In this document: positions 34,008 through 46,100 of the stretch, piece by piece
Position numbering within the stretch: position 1 is the first letter of the stretch
Layout of the letters: every line of letters begins with the position of its first letter
From: Rebecca billardiae RCC1528
Lineage: Eukaryota > Protista > Haptophyta
Assembly (NCBI GenBank): GCA_965240325.2
Contig: OZ251241.1
Span: 620,001-684,000, forward strand
DNA length: 64,000 bases
Direction of reading: 5' to 3'
The notes under the pieces: model-generated
The model's database searches: none
Told to the model about the DNA's origin: nothing
Seen by the model: the letters and a program-made list of their open reading frames with translations, nothing else
Program-made: the position numbers and the translations under genes

Positions 34008-34672
34008 GTCGGGACGGCGGGAGGCGGAGGAGCGCAGCTGGTTGTCCGTGCGGCTGCTCGGCGCCAAGCGTGGCCCGTCGGCTGGGTTTGGTAGTCGGGC
34101 GGCGGTCCGGTCGGCGGTCGGGCAGGGCGAGGTGCGCCGTGCGGTCGGGCGGGAAAGCGGACGGCTGCTGGGCGAAACTCGCTCCTGTTCGCCAAAGCCG
34201 GTCACTGCCCGTCAACTCCCGGCGCGCGCTCACTTTTCTGCGGTCCGCGCCAAAAGCGAGCTGCCACACGCTCGGAACGCTGTCCGGGGGCGCGCTGCGA
34301 GCTCCGAGCTCCGAGCCCGTCCGGGCGGGGGTGCGGTCGGAGGGGCGCTGGAGGAGGGTATCGGGCGGCGGCGAAGCGGCGCCGGCAGTCATAACGCGAT
34401 AACCGCCGCAGACTGCCAAACCCGCCACTCCCGTCGCGTCGGCCATCGCCCCGAGAAAAAGGCTCCGCGCCACCCTAAAAGGCCGAGGGAGGAGCGAAAA
34501 TGCGCCGCGGCTTTGATTTTCTTTTTTAAATGAGCGGTTTGGCCCCCCTAAATAATTCATATCCGAGCTGCCCCGATCTGTCGGCTGGTCACTCTGCTTG
34601 TCACTACCGTGCCCGGCTCAGTCTCAGAGTCGCGTGTCGGCGTGACGCCCGCGTGACCCGGTGACCGAATAA

Positions 34673-36199
34673 ATGGCGGGCCGTAGGTCCGCCCCTTGTA
34701 GTGCCCGGGAAAAGGATAAGAAAAAGAAAAGGAAAAAAGAAAATCGCCTCGCAAAGAAAAGAAAATCGCCTCGCTCACTGCCGGGTCGCTTCGCTCACTA
34801 CCGGGCGCCCTCGCAGCTCCCACTGGGGACGCTCGGCCGAAAGAGAGTCCTGGATGGCGCGGAGCGCGTGGGCCGCGCGCGCCGAATCCAACGCCGGAGC
34901 GGACATCGTGAGAAGACTCCCGAGGGGGGTTTTCGCCCGATTCGCGATTGCTGCCCTCGTCGTCTCGCGTGCAGGTCGAACGGGGGCTAAATCGACGCGT
35001 TTGGAGCGGTACGCTCGGCGCGTCGACACGATCGTGCGACCTGGGGCGATCCTCGCCTGACGTGCACGTCGAAAGCTCGCACCGGCCATAGCATCAAGCG
35101 CTGCGCACGATGGCCGCCTCGCTCGATTCACCGTCGCGCGTCGGGCTCGGTGCGGAACGGCCCTCATCACGAGGCGTCTCGCGGGCGGGAAGCGCCATCG
35201 CACGCGACGCAAGATTTGGCGCGGCCTTCTGAACACCATAACCGGAATCCACACACCGGACTGTCGCGTGCCCCGGTCCAGTGGTCAGCAAGGTCGGGCG
35301 CATGCAAATCCGTTTGCTACGATCGGTGGTGTTCCAGCGCGGGCGATCATGTTTCGCGCTCGCGAGCTCGCGGCCAAAGATCGCTCGGCGCTCGAGGGCC
35401 CACGTCCGGCCTGCATGGCGCCGACGGTGACCAATGCGACGGAGGGGCAGCGCAAAGCGGCGTACGACGCGCACCGCACGCACCTCCCGGGTTTGCAGCC
35501 GTGGAAGGAACCGGGTCTTGGCGAGTCGGCGGCCCTCGTCGCACAGCGCTATGACCGATTGACCGATCCCAGAGGCGCATCCGCGACGAGCTGAAACGCC
35601 GAGCGTGCAACATTGTCGCCCCATCCTCCACCATGTCACGAGCGCTGCGGGACGAGGCCGACGTCGTGAAGCCAGTGGCACATGCGCTGCGCTTCCTGTG
35701 CCTGCTCGAGCAGCGCGTGCCGGCACCCTCGATCGCGAGTGGCACACGCTCTCGCACTGCGCGCGCGCGCACCGCACTTCCAGACGACCTAAACAAATGA
35801 AACATGACATCACACTCCGCCACCACTGTTTAGCTCCGAGGACATTGAACCGTCACCGTCAGGCGTCACAAGCAAGCCGCCGTCGCACGCCAATCAGTTA
35901 TTGGCCAGTGCGTGCGCACAGTCGACGGCTCGGCTGTCGGCACCCGGGATGACGAGTAGCGCCGAGTGGGTGCACGAATACACGCGCAATCACACTGTCG
36001 GTGAGATCACCAGAGTCATCTGTCGCGTTATTATTCGTCAGTGAGTCAGGTAGCTCACCATCATCTGTGTGTCGCATTGTAGTATTCGTCATCCTGCCCG
36101 TCAAACCGCTAAATAAAAGCAGCGCGAACCCGCTGGGGAAATATTGCGACAGCACTGGCACGGCCCGCCGACCCCCCCGCCCGCCAGGGCAGGGTTTTT
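34673..36199 (+). mobile_element. possible second HINE-like element (family H2)
   Basis: 10-bp subTIR GGCGGGCCGT (34675-34684) / ACGGCCCGCC (36160-36169), followed by imperfect hairpin CCC-C-GCCC-GCCA-GGGC-A-GGG and TTTTT; single copy in window. Confidence 0.4.
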
Positions 36200-36200
36200 A

Positions 36201-37779
36201 GGGGGCCGGGGGCCAAAGTGGCACTGTAGCGTTACTGACGGCCACGAGCGCGGGTCCTAGCGAGTGTTTAGAGCTGATTTCGGGCTGGATCATTTGCCCT
36301 CTGGAGGGGTCTGGGCCGGCCATGTAAAAAAATCAGGTGCACATACCCTGATTATAGGGCGTAACGGCTACCATATTTACTTATTAGAATGAGCCTGAAC
36401 TTATTGGAAACGGCATGTAACGGTCATCCTATATGTGACATATAGACCATGTCGACCTCAGTTTGATCAGAGCATCTCGGCGAGATCGTTCTGAGTCCCC
36501 AGCAGCAGCAGGTCCCAACATGCGATATAGGCGGTGTACTGGCAGGCTGTCAAATATGTAGTTTCCTGGAAGCCACTGGTCGTTACATACCCACCGTGTA
36601 TATAGGCGCCATGCTGATGAATACAGTCTCGTCTGATCTCGAGCTGCGAGATACGTTTTCAGACTGTGTATACGGCCACGCGCACGGCGTATTGCAGACA
36701 TAGTAGACCCAAAGCACCGGCCCCACGTCCTCAGCCCGGGAGTGCTCTCGGTCATAGTCAAGGTTTAAAGTCACTCGAGCCAACCGTCACCGCTCCCTGG
36801 CCGAGACCTACGAGGCAGGTCAAATCTGTCGTCGTCGCAGTGCGGCACAGTGCCGAGCATGCGATTCGGCAGCAAACGCCTGCTCCAGGCGGTGGCTGGC
36901 GTCTCTGCACCAAACCAGGCTGGATGGGATCGGTCCATATAGGTATGCCCTACCCTGTTCCGCGCTATTTCTGGGCTTTGGGGCGGATATTCGGCCTACA
37001 GAGGCTGATCCGGCGCTGTTCGGCGCTCCTGGCTGGCTGCGCAGAGCCCAACGGCAAGCGCCGGCGTGTGCAAGGTGTCAAGATTGAGAAGGTCTCTGAC
37101 GCTCCCGCCGGTCTTGGGCGCACCAGGGTGCATGGGGGCCCATCTGCATCTGCTTCTGCAGGCATGAGCGTCACAGGGGCGCGCTTGCAGGCACGGTCGA
37201 GTGCACGTCGGACCTGTCGAATGAGCCAACCGCTGCCTGCGAGCACGTCCGCGACGTCCTGAGAGGCGAATGGGAGGCGCCCCGACGCCATCAGCGGGCA
37301 CACGTGACCCATGCCCAACGTACTGACCATCGCAAGTGCCACGGCAGGTGCAAACACGGGCCCTACAAGCGGAACATGACTACAGTTGCGAGCTCCGCGG
37401 AGGTGTTGTGCGCGAGCTCGCGCCGGTCTGCTGTGAGTGAGTGCTGACGGCGATTCCGGCGCAGTAGGGCAGGTTAGGCGAGCTTGGCATTCACAGACAT
37501 ACATGGACGATTGGTCCGAGCATCGATCTCATTGGTCCGAGTTGATCATGCGCCACACCGTGCGGTAGCGTAGCGGGCGTACGCAGCGCACCAATTCAAG
37601 CCGGCCGACGCGCGCCGCGCACGGCGCGAGGTGGCCAAGAAGCGGGTGGTGAGCCGCTGGTGGCGCAAAGGCACGGATCAGTAGCGCCCACCAGCGTCAC
37701 GCGCGCGCGCACCCGAGACCATATCGGCGTCTCAGAGGTCGCGAGCGCGCGGCGGTCCACTGCCTCCGGCCGGCCCCCC
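36201..37779. mobile_element. TIR element T1 copy 3 (3' internal deletion)
   Basis: TA|GGGGGCCGG ... CCGGCCCCCC|TA; follows copy 1 to its position 3618, then lacks ~156 bp. Confidence 0.85.
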
Positions 37780-37955
37780 TAGAATAATGCCCTCGGACGA
37801 GACGGAGCCGCCAGCCGGAGGCCGAATGGGCGCGGTCCGGCAAGCAGCTGCGGTCCGAACGCGCGCGCGGAGTTATTGCATGTCGATCGTCGATGATCGA
37901 TAGTCACGAACGAGTCCGCCGCCATCTCAGGGAACATATACAGAAGCGTGGAGGA

Positions 37956-38633
37956 CTATGCTGCCACCGGAGTCGTCATCGCACGTTGCGGCCGACGTCG
38001 GGCCGCGGCGTCGCCGAGGGGTCCGCCCAATAATCGGCCCGGTCGGTCGGCGGCGGCGCCACCAGATGATGCAGCCCGAGGCAGCCCGCGGTGGTCGTCG
38101 CTGATGACGGCCAGCGACACGGGCTCGGCCGCATCGGCGAGGCCTCGTTCCGCGCGCAGCTCAAGCGCGCGCAGGCCCAGCAGAGCAGCAGGTCCGAACG
38201 CCACAGTTACGGCGCCATGCGCCACGGCACGTGCCAACGGCAGTCGCGCCGTGCGCCAGGCGCGCACGGTGACGAGTACGCCGAGCAAGACGTGGCCAAT
38301 CGCCAGCGCGCAGACGGCGCGGTGCGCGTGGGTGGCCAGCTCGTCTAGAAACTGGCGCGCGCCGAGCCGGTGCTGCGCCTCGTCGAGATTGACCGCCGTG
38401 AGCGCGTGCTCCCTACGTCTGGGCATCCTGGAGGCGCGCGCAAGGAGCAGCCGATGCGCAGATCGCAACACAGCGGTGGTGGGCGGCTCGAGCCGGGTGC
38501 GGAAGAAGGCGCCAATGGTTGCCGACCATGGCGAGAAGAACGCCAGGACGCCTAGCGCCCACACCGCTAGCCACGCCGCCGCAACGAGCGCGACGAGTGC
38601 GGTGAGACCTGGGTCGAAGTCCGGCGCCTCCAT
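37956..38633 (-). CDS. hypothetical membrane protein
   Basis: ATG ORF of 225 aa with about three hydrophobic segments; head-to-head with the DnaJ gene. Confidence 0.5.
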   Translation of the reverse strand: MEAPDFDPGLTALVALVAAAWLAVWALGVLAFFSPWSATIGAFFRTRLEPPTTAVLRSAHRLLLARASRMPRRREHALTAVNLDEAQHRLGARQFLDELATHAHRAVCALAIGHVLLGVLVTVRAWRTARLPLARAVAHGAVTVAFGPAALLGLRALELRAERGLADAAEPVSLAVISDDHRGLPRAASSGGAAADRPGRLLGGPLGDAAARRRPQRAMTTPVAA

Positions 38634-38846
38634 CTTGCTTGTACTGTTGCACGTTTAAAAAACATATAGCGTAAACTGTATTGTCGTTTGGCTGCTAGCA
38701 AACCCCCCAGCTTACAAATCAGAAATACCACACAAGTATTATAGCGGGCGTTACATCGTCGTCCGGCGTGCGCCAAGTGAGCGCCCTCGTCCCGACGGGG
38801 GGCATCCTCCCCTGATCGTCGCCGCCGTTGCGCGCCGGCCCTCGGC

Positions 38847-40369
38847 ATGACGTCGGCGTTGCCGGCTGTGGATCTGTACAGCGTGCTCGGCCTGACGCGC
38901 CGCGACGACCCGGGGCCCGACGTGGTGCGCAAGGCGTACCTCGCAAAGGCGAAGCAATGGCACCCGGACCGGTGGGTGGCGCTCGGCGCGGAAGCAGTCG
39001 AGCGCGCAGAGATGTGGTTCAAGCTGGTGGCGGAGGCGAACGCGACGCTGAGCGACCCGCGACGGCGGCAGATCTACGACCTCTCGCGCGATGCGGCCTC
39101 GCGACGAGCGAGCGCCGCCGACAGCCTCGCCACGGCTGCCGCGGCTGCGGCGCGCGCGCGCACGGCAAGCGGCGGCGCGCGCCATCCGATGGGCGGCGGC
39201 TTGGGCCGCATGGGCGGCCTGGGCGGCGCGGCGCGGCCGCGCACGAGCAGCGGGGCCGCAGCCCCGCGCCACGCCCCGACTGCCGCGCCGCACTCGCCGT
39301 ACCAGGAGCACCTGCGCTCGACGATGGCGCGAGGCGCGGAGGCGAGCAGGCGTGAGCGCGCGCGCCGCCCCCCACTGGCCCGCGCCACTTCAGACGCGGC
39401 GGCGGCCGCGGCGGCGGTGGGCGGCGCGGGGAGCGCGGGCTGGGCGAGGTCCGCCCCGCCGAGCGCGCGTACCGCGCGCTCGCGCTCGCTCGATGCCAGC
39501 GCGCTCGGCGACGGCGCGGCCGCGCGCTTTGCCGCGCCGCACGCCGCGGCGGCCGCGCGCTCGGGCGCGGCGGCTGCGGCCGGCAGCGGCAGCGGCGCCG
39601 GCGGCAGCGGCTCGGCGCGCGGGCGCTCGCGTCCATCGAGCGCGGCGGTGGATCCAGGCGCGCCGGCTGCCGCGGAGACGCCCACCTCGCGCGCGCGACC
39701 AACCACGGCGTGGGGCTCTGCCGCGGCCGCCGCGGCCGGCGGCGGCGCGCCGGCGGCAGCGGCGGCGGCGGCGGCCACTGACGGCAGCACCAGAGGCACG
39801 GCCGAGGCGGAGGCGTGGGCGCACGTGGCTGAGAGCTACGCGCACCACCCGCCGTCCTCCGCCGCCGGATCGCGCTCGCGCCATCGCTCGGCGTCCGCAG
39901 GCCGCGCGGCCGGCTGGGCGTCCGCTGGCAGCGCCGCGCGCTTCTCCTACCCCGCGCAGTCCACCTCCGTCGGTGGCAAGCTGCACCTGCGCCCGGTGCG
40001 CGCGCGGCGTGGCGGCGCGCCCTTCACTCACGGCAGAGCGACCGCGCGCGCGCGCGCGTCCGCGCCGCTGTCTCTCACCTCGCGCGCGTGCCCTTCCCGC
40101 CGCGCGTCTCGCGCGCATCGCAGAGCACCGCCATGGCCGGAGGGCAGCCGCGCGGCCGCGCGGCCTCGGCGTCGCGCCGACCCCGCGGGGTGCCGCCGCC
40201 GTACGCGCCGCCGCACGGCGGCGCGACGGCCGCGGCCGCATACGCCGAGCTGAGCAGCGCACCGCCGCTGCCGGCCGGCCGGGCGTCTGTGCCGCTCTCG
40301 TACCACGGCATCCCGCGTGGGCGCTACGAGTACTTGTATGGCAGCGGCGGCGCGGCGGCGCCCTTGTGA
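38847..40369 (+). CDS. J-domain (DnaJ) protein with long low-complexity tail
   Basis: DLYSVLGL...VRKAY...WHPDR...FKLVAEANATLSDPRRRQIYD; predicted intron 39996-40123 joins the 40088-40369 frame. Confidence 0.85.
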
Positions 40370-40714
40370 CACGGGTGCATGGCCGCAGACAGCCGACGAC
40401 TGGCCCCGGCGGGACCGGCCCGCGCTGCGGGCGCCGACACCGGTCCGGCCGGCCCCGAGACGCGGCGAGTCTCCGGGTTCGTCGGCTGCGGCGCCCGCCT
40501 GATGCGTCGCGGTGATGTGACGTCGCGTAATTATTCCGCGCGTGCTGGCGCCGTGCCCGCGTGGCCGCGTGGCGCGGACTCTGTCAACAGTGGCACTACT
40601 GCCGACGTGACGAATCAGGAGACCTGCGCCGTCCTACCTGTGTCGGTATTATAAAATCATAGCAGCTAGAATGAGTATTGGCACGGCGGATACTGATTAA
40701 TCGGATCACTATAC

Positions 40715-41077
<363 letters not shown>

Positions 41078-41801
41078 CTGTGTGACTGCGTAAGGGCTGA
41101 AATGAGTCCGGACAAGTGTGCTCGGATAATGTCAATTAAGAGACCGTCGAGTATAGTTTAAATTTAATAGAAAAACCAGTCCGACAGACTGAGTCTTTTA
41201 CAAATAAATAAAACTACTTATTATAATACAGTTTAAAATTAATTTCGGCTGACTGGCAGTCTCCGACTCCGCTCAGACAGAGGGCCTGCCGGCCGCACTT
41301 AAATTAACTGTTCTAGTAAACCGACTCAGACAGTCGGAGCAGCCGGCGGTAGCTAGTTAAATAGTTAATGAAATCCGATCGGACCGATTTATTTTATAAT
41401 TATTATTATTTATAATAATAAATAATGGCACCGGACTGAAATTGCGCGCCAGGAGACCGCGTAATAGCAGCCCGGTTAGCTCAAGTACGGCGTATGAGTT
41501 ACGGCACGGCAGTGGCAGCCGCGGGCTGACTACACTCCTGCCTGCGGGACTAATTCACTTCCGGCGACGTCGTTGCCGCGGGAATAAGTCTCAACTACTG
41601 TGCCTGAGCTGTGTGCGTCTCTTATTCTTAGTAAACTGTAAGCCCCAAGCGGCGCGGATTCAGTTCTGTGCCGTTTTTTTCGGTTACGCCGATCGTCGTC
41701 GGACGAACGTGCTTGGCAGTTGGCTGGGAATCCTGGGATGCCGCTGTGGAAATTGCTGCTTTAGCTACTTGAACCTATTTGAGGTTGCCGATGTCACCCA
41801 T

Positions 41802-41874
41802 GGGCGAATAGCTCATCTGGTAGAGCGCCCGCTCCGCATGCGGGAGGTGCTGAGTTCGAGTCTCAGTTTGTCCA
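41802..41874 (+). tRNA. trnA-CGC: tRNA-Ala(CGC)
   Basis: 73-nt cloverleaf: acceptor GGGCGAA/TTTGTCC with G3:U70, D arm GCTC/GAGC, anticodon arm CCCGC-TCCGCAT-GCGGG, T arm CTGAG-TTCGAGT-CTCAG, A73, downstream T-run. Confidence 0.93.
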
Positions 41875-42002
41875 ACCTTTTGCGTTTTAGCCCTTTTAAA
41901 AAACACTTTTGCGGAACCGCGACCCGCGGGATGACAGCGGGCGCGGGTTTTTTTGGCACCGGAAATATTCAGATTTCAGGCAGATTGTGACACTGTATAT
42001 AC

Positions 42003-42091
42003 TAACGACGTGGTATGCAACAGGGCAGGCGTCAGAGTCAGCAAGCTGTAGCAGCAGATCGAGCAGCAGAGGGCAAACACCAGGATCAGCG
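42003..42091 (+). repeat. truncated copy of the short (TA)n-associated element
   Basis: Near-identical to 63034-63120. Confidence 0.8.
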
Positions 42092-42491
42092 TAAGGGCCG
42101 TCTGTATAGTTCTGGATTGACTTACGCTGCGTCTGCTAGAGACTTACGCTGCGTCTGCTAGACTAAACACTGTAAGTAGAGTCTCATCTCGTTACTCAGC
42201 CGCGGCGCACAATTCAGTTCATTAAATAAAAAGTGACGACTAAATAAAAGCGCGCGCATATTTTCATTTGTAATAGACGGAATTGGTATCTATGAGGCCA
42301 CATCGTTTCGCCGCGCAGCGCAAGGTCTCCGCTAGGTTCGCGCGCTGGCACGACCCTGCCCCAGCGAGCGCGGATCCTGAGCTGGGCCGCCAGCTGCCAC
42401 TGGATGCGACGGGCGTGTCGGGGGCGCTCGAGTCGCTCGACCATCGCGGTCATGATTTAAATTGTCTACCTGCGGGCAAGCTGTGCCGCTC

Positions 42492-42564
42492 GGGCGAATA
42501 GCTCATCTGGTAGAGCGCCCGCTCCGCATGCGGGAGGTGCTGAGTTCGAGTCTCAGTTTGTCCA
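42492..42564 (+). tRNA. trnA-CGC: tRNA-Ala(CGC), second identical copy
   Basis: Identical 73 nt to 41802-41874, followed by T-run. Confidence 0.93.
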
Positions 42565-43100
42565 TCCTTTTGCGTTTTTACTTTTTTCATAATATTGCGC
42601 GTTTAAGTTTTTGGCTTCCGCCGGTCGCAGCCGGAGCCTATGGGTAGTTAGTAGTTACTGGCGTCACCGCGTTAGATTTATTGAAATTAGGACTGGATCA
42701 AGCTGACAGTGCGTACGGCGCGGTTATATTCAGCCTTCGTATTTAGGCGCCACTTACGGCACCGCGGCGCCGCGCCGGCGCCGCCCGCCCGCGCGCGGGC
42801 CTGTCGTCCGCCGCTGCCACAGCCCACCGGCATCTGGCACGTATGATACAGAAGCGGTAGTGCCGCGCACTCGCTGCCGCGGCTGTCGGCTGCGCCAGTC
42901 CCGGCTCGGCGCGCATGCGTGGGCTCGCCGGCTCGGCTAGGGGCTCAGCTCACAGCCTCACACCGCCATGGCGCCGCCATCTGCAGGGCCGGGCTGCGCT
43001 GCGAGGGGCAGGCCGCTGCGCTCGATCGCGCGCGCGCCGTCAGTTGCCCGTGGGTCACGAACCAGCTCGTCCATTAGCTCGTCGGTGTCGGTGAAGCTCC

Positions 43101-46100
43101 CTACACGTCCTTGCGCGCGCGCTGCGCAGACGCTCGGCCAAAGCCAGCCGCGGCCATCGTCTCGGCGCCGACGAGCTCGCCCAGGCTGCCGGCGCCGACG
43201 GCGAGCAGGGGCGTGACGGCGCTGGCTGCGCCTCCGGCGCCTCCACCGCCGCCGATGCCGCCGCCCGCACCGCCGCCACCGCCGTCCGCCGCCGCCGCCG
43301 CCGCCGCCGCCGCCCTGGCTGTGCCGTGCTGCCTCAGCCTCTCACGCTCGGTGGGCGTGAGCGAGCGCGGCGCGCGGTGCAGCCACGCCGCCTTGAGCGC
43401 GACCACCGGGAGCAGCGAGAGCGCGAGCATCAGCCCCACCGCCAGCCAGTAGCGCGGCTCGGCCAGCAGCACCCAGAAGACTCCGTACAGCGGGCTGGCC
43501 TTCTTGAGCGCGACTGCGGCGGACAGGCCGTAGAAGGCGCACACTGAGAGGCCGACCACCGCGAGGTTGGGCGCGAACACGGCGCGCGCCTCGAGCAGCA
43601 CCGTGGCGGACTGCAGCAGGATCAGCGCGCTGTACGCGGTCAGTGCCATCATCGGCTGCGTGGGCGCGGGGCGGAGCGTGGGCGGGCCCGAGGTGCCGTG
43701 AGCGCGAGCGCGCGGCGCGGAGGCGCGGCGGCGCGGCGGGCGGCGCGGCGCGCGGCTGCGCACCTGATCGGCGTCGGAGGCAGCATGGCCGCCGGCGGGG
43801 ACGTCGCCGCCCCACACGGCGGCGGGCACGGCGAAGAGGACGGCGGCCTGCGCGAGCGCGCGGCACACCCACAGCGACACCGAGCGGGGCGACATGGCGA
43901 GGCCGTCGGCGTGCGCCACGTCGGAGTAGAGCGTGGGCTGGGCCTGGCGCGCGACGACGGGCGCACGCACGCACGCACGCGCACGTGCGTGCGGGTGCGC
44001 GGGGTGAGGCCGAGGCGCGCGCGCGCGCCGTGCGCGCGGGCAGGAGGGGCCGGCCGCGTGGCGCGCGCGCTGTGCGTACGGCGAGCGTGCTGGGCGGCAG
44101 GTCCTGGTCCAGGGCCGCCGCCATCACCGGGAAGCCTGCAGCCGCACGGGAGGCGCGGCGCGCGCGAGAGGGCTCAGTGAGAGGTGTGCGTGTGAGTGGT
44201 GTGTGCGTGGTGTGCGCGCGTGTGTGTGTGCGTGCGTGCGCGTGCGCGTGTGTGTGGTGGTACGCACGCGCCTCGCACCGGTGAAGAACACGTTGTACGC
44301 CATGATCGAGAAGGAGTCGAGCAGCGAAGCGCCCGAGTAGCCTGGAGGGGCGATGGGTGGGCGATGGGCGGATGTGTGGAGTGCGCCGCCGCGCGCGCGG
44401 CGTCGGCGCCGGGGGCCAAAGCCGTGGGGCGGTGAGCCGAGGGCAGCGGTGTCGCGCGTGCGCACGCGGCCACCCCTGCCGTCACCACCGCGCGCCCGCG
44501 CTCTCAGCACGCGGCCACCGCCGCTGCCACACATAGACAGAGGCACACACAGAGCGAGAGAGACGCGCGCGCACGCTCACGCAGGCGCACACACGCGCAC
44601 GCAGGCACACACACGCAGATGCTCGCACACGCACACACGCACGCCCGCCGCGGCGCCGCGCGCCCTCGCCGCGCACCGGACGCGGCCGCGAACGCGAGCT
44701 GCAGGAGACAGATGATGAAACTCTTGTACACGGCGTAGTGCACGATGAACGACGTGCGCACGACGGCGAGGCGGCCGTGCACGAGCAGCAGCCGCGGCAG
44801 CGCGGCGAACCCGCCGAGAGAGTAGTCAGCGGCGCGCGCCGCCTGCAGGCCCTCTCGTCCCTCCAGCCCGACGCCGACGTGCGCACGCTGAATCATCGCG
44901 ACGTCGTTGCCGCCGTCGCCGACCGCGAGAACGCGCGCGGCGCCGAGCGCGGCGCGGCCGCGCCGCGCGCCGCGCGCCGAGCCGACGCCCACGCCGCTCA
45001 CGCCGGGCGGCAACGCCGCGACCATCTCCGCGAGCGCGACCTACGCGGGGCGGCGCGGGGCGGCGCGGGGCGGCGCGGCGGCACGGCGCGGCGCGGCGCG
45101 GCGGCGCGGCGGCGCGGCGTGGGCGGCGCAGGCGGCGCGCGCGCGCACAGCGCACGCCACGGCCGCGCGCCCGCGCCGCGCCGCGCCGCGCACCAGCGAG
45201 GCCTTGCGCTTGGGCGGCACGCGGTAGGCGACGACGCAGCGCGCGCGCGCGATCGCTGCCAGCAGGGCCACGTCAGCGGCTGGGCCGGAGCGCGCCGAGT
45301 GCCAGTGCAATCGCTGCGGGCGCAGGCGGCGGGCGAGCGGCGCGGCGCGGTGCGCGTGAGCGCACGCGCGCAGCTCAGCAGCTCAGCGCGGCGCGCGGGC
45401 GCACGGGCGCGCGTCGCGCCGCCGCCGCCGCCGCCGCCGGTGGCGCACCTGTCGCGCGCAGCGGGGCAGCAGCGGCGCCAGCGCGCGGCTCGACGCCAGA
45501 CTCGCGCACGCGCGGCCGGCGACGCGCGCGGCCGCGAGCGCGAGCGCGCGACGGCCGCCGCCGCCGCCCGCCGCGGCGGCGGCGAGCGCGGCCGCGGCCG
45601 CGGCGGAGGAGGCGGCGGCGCGCGCGCGCGCTCGCGCCAGCAAGGCGTCGACGCACTCGCCTGCACACGCGGTGCGCACGGCCCACGCGCGCACGCGGTC
45701 GCGGAGGCGGCGCGCGGGTGCTCAGCGCGCGCGGCGGCGCGGCGGCGCGGCGGCGCGGCGGCGCTCGGCGCGGCGGCGCGGCGGCGCGGCGGCGCGGCGG
45801 CGCGGCGGCGCGGCGGCGCGGCGGCGCGGCGGCGCGTGGCTCGCACCGTCCACGGCAATGGCAAATGGGGGCCCCGCCTCGGCGCCGCCCGCCGCGCCGC
45901 CGCCGCTGCTGTCCGCCGCCGCCGCGGCGCGCAGCCCGTATGCGCGCACGGCATCGATCGCGCGCTCGACCGCCGCCGCGCGCCGCTCGTGCGCGCCCGC
46001 CGCGCCGCCCGGCCCGCCGCCCTCCGCGTCCGCGTCCGCGCCGCCCTCCGCGTCCGCGCCCGCGCGAGGCGCCGCAATCCGCAGGAGCCGAACCCCGTCT

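Larger units (their letters stand above)
27697..34452 (-). mobile_element. Ngaro/PAT-type (DIRS order) tyrosine-recombinase retrotransposon with split direct repeats
   Basis: A1 34016-34452 = A2 27881-28317 (437 bp); B1 28316-28436 = B2 27695-27815 (121 bp); minus-strand order A1-gag-RT/RH-YR-B1-A2-B2. Confidence 0.9.
26077..34548. mobile_element. TIR element T1 copy 2, split by the YR retrotransposon
   Basis: TA|GGGCGGGCCAAA ... TTTGGCCCCCC|TA; 26077-27696 and 34453-34548 join to give a full T1 copy. Confidence 0.85.
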
